Part shown: positions 39,154-43,190 of the stretch, piece after piece
Numbering within the stretch: the stretch's first letter is position 1
How the letters are laid out: every line of letters starts with the position of its first letter
Origin: an uncultured Thermoplasmata archaeon
GTDB lineage: Archaea; Thermoplasmatota; Thermoplasmata; Halarchaeoplasmatales; Halarchaeoplasmataceae
Length of the DNA stretch: 43,190 nt
Reading direction: 5' to 3'
Assembly (NCBI GenBank): GCA_964454575.1
Contig: CAYVTG010000004.1
Span: forward strand, 1-43,190
The notes under the pieces: generated by a model
Seen by the model: the letters and a program-made list of their open reading frames with translations, nothing else
Database searches by the model: none
What the model was told of the DNA's origin: nothing
Position numbers and translations under genes: made by a program

Positions 39154-39450
39154 TCACCAAACCTTTCTCAGATTCTGAAGACCCTGCAGATAATCTTCGT
39201 AATCTATGTTAGCCGAGATGCCGAATTCATTCAGTAGATCTATGAATTCTGTTAAAGGTAGGTCTAATTCATCTGCGCCTTTTCCGAGAGATATCTTTCC
39301 ATCCTTGTATAACTGGAGTACTCTATATTTTCTTCCGTATTCTATCAATTCCCTTGCAGTGGAAGAAAGGTCTTTTCCTTCTTTCTTGGACAGCTTTTTC
39401 AAGATATCCTTTTCATGGTCCGTCAAACGGATACTCATTACTTCGCTCAT
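39154..39450 (-). CDS. UPF0175-family antitoxin
   Basis: RHH-like N-terminus; LYKDGKISLGK.A..L.L...EF...L...GI. Confidence 0.85.
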   Translation of the reverse strand: MSEVMSIRLTDHEKDILKKLSKKEGKDLSSTARELIEYGRKYRVLQLYKDGKISLGKGADELDLPLTEFIDLLNEFGISANIDYEDYLQGLQNLRKVW

Positions 39451-39452
39451 CT

Positions 39453-39953
39453 CTAATACTCACCTCCTTTTATCTTATTTCTGGCATCTTCTATTATATC
39501 GGTTTTATACCAACCAAATTTTTCCAATTTTTTAAGTTTTTCCAACGCTATTTTCTCTTGAATTAAACCTTTCTGTGTAGCTCTTATAAGAAAAGTGATA
39601 CTGGTAGCAAAAGGGATATCCATCAATTTTGCCGTCTTTATCTGTTGTCCGTCATCTGTGGCTATAAGCTCGCCATTTATCTCTTGGTATAAAACCAAGG
39701 TCGAGGCCTCGCCTTTATCCATGTTGAAATCCCTCATGATATCCGTCACTATCTGGATATTTTTAACGGATTTTACTGTGATATTTTTTTTCTCTATCAA
39801 GGATAGTATCACTTTGGAATCAAACATATCTTTTTTGACAGTGGCCTCTTCTTTGACGATACCGGTTATCACTATCTCTATTTCTTTTGACAAACTACCC
39901 AATAAATCTATCTTGGCTAACAGTATCAGCATTGATGCGTCGAAGATCATCAT
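39453..39953 (-). CDS. PIN-domain (VapC/DUF3368-like) toxin
   Basis: IFDAS.LI.LAK, V.EE, DKGEA, ATDD. Confidence 0.85.
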   Translation of the reverse strand: MMIFDASMLILLAKIDLLGSLSKEIEIVITGIVKEEATVKKDMFDSKVILSLIEKKNITVKSVKNIQIVTDIMRDFNMDKGEASTLVLYQEINGELIATDDGQQIKTAKLMDIPFATSITFLIRATQKGLIQEKIALEKLKKLEKFGWYKTDIIEDARNKIKGGEY

Positions 39954-40027
39954 TTCATCGCCGTATACACATGTAGTACGTATGTGTTATATAAAGATAT
40001 CCATGAAATTATGATCCAAGATATATT

Positions 40028-41932
40028 TCACCAGTCATAATCCGGCTCATCCTTTTCTACCATATTACCGCACTGTGGACACCGGATCGAACCGACCATT
40101 CCTGTGGGGGGAGGAGCAGAGAAACCACATGCAGTGCAAGTCATAATCTCTGCTGTCTGACTAGGAGGTGGTGGTGTGCTATCCGGTACTGGAGGAGGCA
40201 CGTATGGTTCCGGAGGCGGTTGATAATTAGGGGGCTGTTGATACATCGGTGATGATTGATATGGATCATCCCGGAACTCTATAGTTCCCAGCTCGTAGAA
40301 GTTACCCCCTGCGGAAAGGATCATGACTGCCGATACGAATGAAAGCACCGCTGAAACTATCAGCAAATAAGCTCCAGAGCCTAAACCCCACGAGATATCT
40401 GCCGTACCATAATCCCCCAGGCTCTCAGTGGTAGAGCCTCCCATGGGTCTGGAAGATATCAGGGATACCAATGACTCTATTTCTACGGGAGCATCGCCTG
40501 CAAAGGCCATCACGATACCGCTGAGCATGACCACGAAAACCAATATTATGATGACCGGTACAAGACTCTTGATACCTCTGCCGATGAACTTCTTACCCAT
40601 CTTGCCGGCTTCCCTCAATCCCAAAGTTCCGAAGAAGAAGATGATGGTGCTGAACAACAATATCCATCCAAAAGCGATGGGCAGTCCCATCATCTGTACA
40701 AGACCTCCGCCTGATTCCAGTCGGTTGAATTGAAGTCCTCTGATACCATTCAACACCAGTACGTCGATTTTACCGTCGGTGGCATAGGGTCCACTTCCTA
40801 TATCAAGCGAAACCGTGTACCAAGGTAGAAAATACCCGATAACCGCTAAAATTATTGCTATCAAACCCAGCATCATACCTAATGTCCTGATAGTATTTCC
40901 ACCGTAAAAGAATGGAAACAATCTAGGACCAAGTGTTCCCTGTTTTTTGTAGAGTTTGTATTTAAACAATATTTTGATGACCAGACCTATGGCCATGAAG
41001 CCTATGATCAAAGCGAACAGATAGTAAACTAACCAGTTGATCTGCAGTATACCTGCTGAGAGTATAGTTAGTTCCGATTCCCATCCCGTAACATCATTCC
41101 AAGGCCTTCCCTCCTGTATGAAACTTGGACCGTGGGGGCCTCTTTCTCCCCTCAATCCTGAATCCGGGCTACCGTAGTCGCCCCAGTGTCCTCCGAACTG
41201 GAGCCAAGGCTGTTGGTCCAGCATCTCTAACTGGTAATCATCCGGCGACAGCACTCTGCCTGAACCCGAGACTTCGTCGTTGGCCATCCCCAGCTTACCT
41301 TGGTAAGGTCTGTAGTAACTTGCATGAGATCCCAGGGCTACGTACACCTTGGGATGGTTTCCTTCACTATCGACCAGCGACCACGAAGCGGTCTCACCGG
41401 CCACGTGCTGTGAATATGCCGCTCTTGTTGGGTTGCCGTTTGCATCGGTGAAAATCGTGATGAATTCCCAATCACCTTCGTGTGTATTCAGTGGACCTTC
41501 GTTGTGTGCGTAGAAGAACCAGTACTGAACGGCGTATCCATCCTGTAATTCAGATACTCGTGCATGGATCGTTGGTGGATACTGGCTCTTGCTCGATAAA
41601 AAATCATCTTCGATCCCGTTGTCATTTATAGTGCCCATACGGTTGTCCAGGTAGTAACCACCGTTGGGGTCTGTGTAGGTAGCCAGCATAGTTCCGGTAG
41701 GCGATGAAGATATCGTCCCTACACCGATCTGGTTGAGATCCGATCGTGATATCGCATACTCAGGCGATACCGGATAGAAGGATTCCTTAGGATGAAGATA
41801 AAGATAGGGCGCCGTTCGCTGTGCCAGCCCCATCGGAGTGCCGTCCCACTGGCCCGTGGTTTGACCTGTGCTCAATGGTAACAAAATAATCGTTAGTAAC
41901 ATGAGCACTGCGAAGATGGTGACTTTTTTCAT
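40028..41932 (-). CDS. Membrane protein with extracellular Vps62-related domain, TM bundle, Pro-rich linker and C-terminal zinc ribbon
   Basis: Signal peptide; APYLYLHPKE.FYP, QYWFFY..N, HEGDWE, YSQH, VALGSHASY; several TM helices; CTACG...CPQCG. Confidence 0.7.
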   Translation of the reverse strand: MKKVTIFAVLMLLTIILLPLSTGQTTGQWDGTPMGLAQRTAPYLYLHPKESFYPVSPEYAISRSDLNQIGVGTISSSPTGTMLATYTDPNGGYYLDNRMGTINDNGIEDDFLSSKSQYPPTIHARVSELQDGYAVQYWFFYAHNEGPLNTHEGDWEFITIFTDANGNPTRAAYSQHVAGETASWSLVDSEGNHPKVYVALGSHASYYRPYQGKLGMANDEVSGSGRVLSPDDYQLEMLDQQPWLQFGGHWGDYGSPDSGLRGERGPHGPSFIQEGRPWNDVTGWESELTILSAGILQINWLVYYLFALIIGFMAIGLVIKILFKYKLYKKQGTLGPRLFPFFYGGNTIRTLGMMLGLIAIILAVIGYFLPWYTVSLDIGSGPYATDGKIDVLVLNGIRGLQFNRLESGGGLVQMMGLPIAFGWILLFSTIIFFFGTLGLREAGKMGKKFIGRGIKSLVPVIIILVFVVMLSGIVMAFAGDAPVEIESLVSLISSRPMGGSTTESLGDYGTADISWGLGSGAYLLIVSAVLSFVSAVMILSAGGNFYELGTIEFRDDPYQSSPMYQQPPNYQPPPEPYVPPPVPDSTPPPPSQTAEIMTCTACGFSAPPPTGMVGSIRCPQCGNMVEKDEPDYDW

Positions 41933-42005
41933 GATTCGATAACATATTTCACTCATATTTAAACCGTACGTAAAAATGATATATCACTATCACCGATGAC
42001 CTGTC

Positions 42006-43088
42006 ATGTCTAAGATATTGGAACTTGTTGAAGAGCATGAGGAGCACAGAGAAAAAGGTATCAATTTGATGGCTTCGGAGAATCACCTATCATCGGAGGT
42101 ACGCAAAGCACTTTCCAGCGATCTCGCCGGCCGCTATCTTTCTGAATACTACGGAGGGACGGAATATGCCCGTGAGATAGTGGAGCACACCGAAGGCCTT
42201 TTCAAGAAATTGTTCGGAGCCAAGTACGCCATCGTCGAGCCTCTTTCCGGTAATATCTGCGACCTGGCGGTGATGTTTGCTTTTTCACGATGCAACGATA
42301 AAGTGGCCATGCTGCCATATACCGCCGGCGGATATCCACTGGGGTTGGAGAAGTTTGAACGGAAACGAGTTTCACTTCCCAATATCCCAAATACCTTTGA
42401 GATAGATGCGGATGGATCGAAGGAAATCTACAAAGAAAACCAGCCTGCACTTACTATACTAGGCGCATCCTATATCCCATTTCCACATCCTGTGAGGGAA
42501 TTCAGAGAATTCGTAGAAAACACACTGGTTTTCGATGCTTCACATGTACTGGGATTGCTGGCATGCGGAGAGTTCCAATCACCGTTCAAAGAAGGAGCAG
42601 AGGTCATCATCGGCAGCACCCACAAGACCTTCTACGGACCCCAGGGAGGTGTAATACTTACCAATTCCGAAGAACACTATCTACGTTTCAGAGAGTTCAT
42701 GGACGTGGACACAGAAACAGGTATCGGCCTTGTTGACAATCCCCATGTCAACCGCATCGCCGCTCTGGGCGTAGCCGCCGAAGAGATGCTGGAAGACCAG
42801 GGATACGGAGCCCGTGTTATCGAGAATGCAAGAAAGCTCGCCGCCGCACTACACGAACTTGACGTACCTGTTAAATTCGCAGACAAAGGATTCACCGCTT
42901 CACATCAAGTATTTTTGGATGTTACACCGGAAGAAGCCGTCAAGCTTTGCCACGGATTGGAAAAGCAGGATATCTTCATCGATACCACCGGCAGGATGGG
43001 CACTGCGGAAGTAACACATCGTGGAGTCACCGACATGGACGGTATCGCCGAAAGCGTGGCCCAGGGCTACTTCAGATTGTTTTCGTAG
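42006..43088 (+). CDS. Serine hydroxymethyltransferase-like PLP enzyme (divergent)
   Basis: NLMASEN, YYGG, DASHVLGL, GSTHKTF.GPQGG, R.GT; only 360 aa, with altered active-site motifs. Confidence 0.8.
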   Translation: MSKILELVEEHEEHREKGINLMASENHLSSEVRKALSSDLAGRYLSEYYGGTEYAREIVEHTEGLFKKLFGAKYAIVEPLSGNICDLAVMFAFSRCNDKVAMLPYTAGGYPLGLEKFERKRVSLPNIPNTFEIDADGSKEIYKENQPALTILGASYIPFPHPVREFREFVENTLVFDASHVLGLLACGEFQSPFKEGAEVIIGSTHKTFYGPQGGVILTNSEEHYLRFREFMDVDTETGIGLVDNPHVNRIAALGVAAEEMLEDQGYGARVIENARKLAAALHELDVPVKFADKGFTASHQVFLDVTPEEAVKLCHGLEKQDIFIDTTGRMGTAEVTHRGVTDMDGIAESVAQGYFRLFS

Positions 43089-43190
43089 TTTAACTATTAT
43101 GTGTAAAATTTCTTTGATGCCCGATCAATCATATTAAGAGACTTGTTAATATTTTCGGGATTCCCATTCTATTTGGGAAAAAGGTGATGT

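Overview
Archaeal chromosomal segment, most consistent with a Thermoplasmatota lineage (inference from aIF2-gamma, rps6e, rps8e, SRP19, alpha2-type EndA, GGGPS/DGGGPS, archaeosortase A and a stand-alone 5S rRNA gene). Housekeeping content includes a DRG GTPase, nurA-herA-mre11-rad50, hisS, trxB, ether-lipid genes and three intronless tRNAs (Thr-TGT, Gln-TTG, Asp-GTC). Accessory content includes four toxin-antitoxin loci (MNT-HEPN, two AbiE, PIN/UPF0175) and large surface proteins. The main unexplained signal is a family of ~50-65 nt structured elements. They form tandem arrays at all three tRNA genes, each unit separated by a duplicated tRNA end. They also occur as a frameshifting insertion in an abiEii gene and as solo copies. 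Copies differ in sequence but keep a GA-[hairpin, often GNA triloop]-GA motif; many also carry an arm complementary to their own flanking target and a GGAAT...ATTCC hairpin. Other notable items are a 5S rRNA with a ~100-nt structured insertion, a dif/loxP-like site in a 730-bp skewed non-coding region, an RHH plus C-terminally truncated FtsZ pair, a bacterial-type QueF and an active-site-altered SHMT homologue. All calls were made by eye; no database searches were run.
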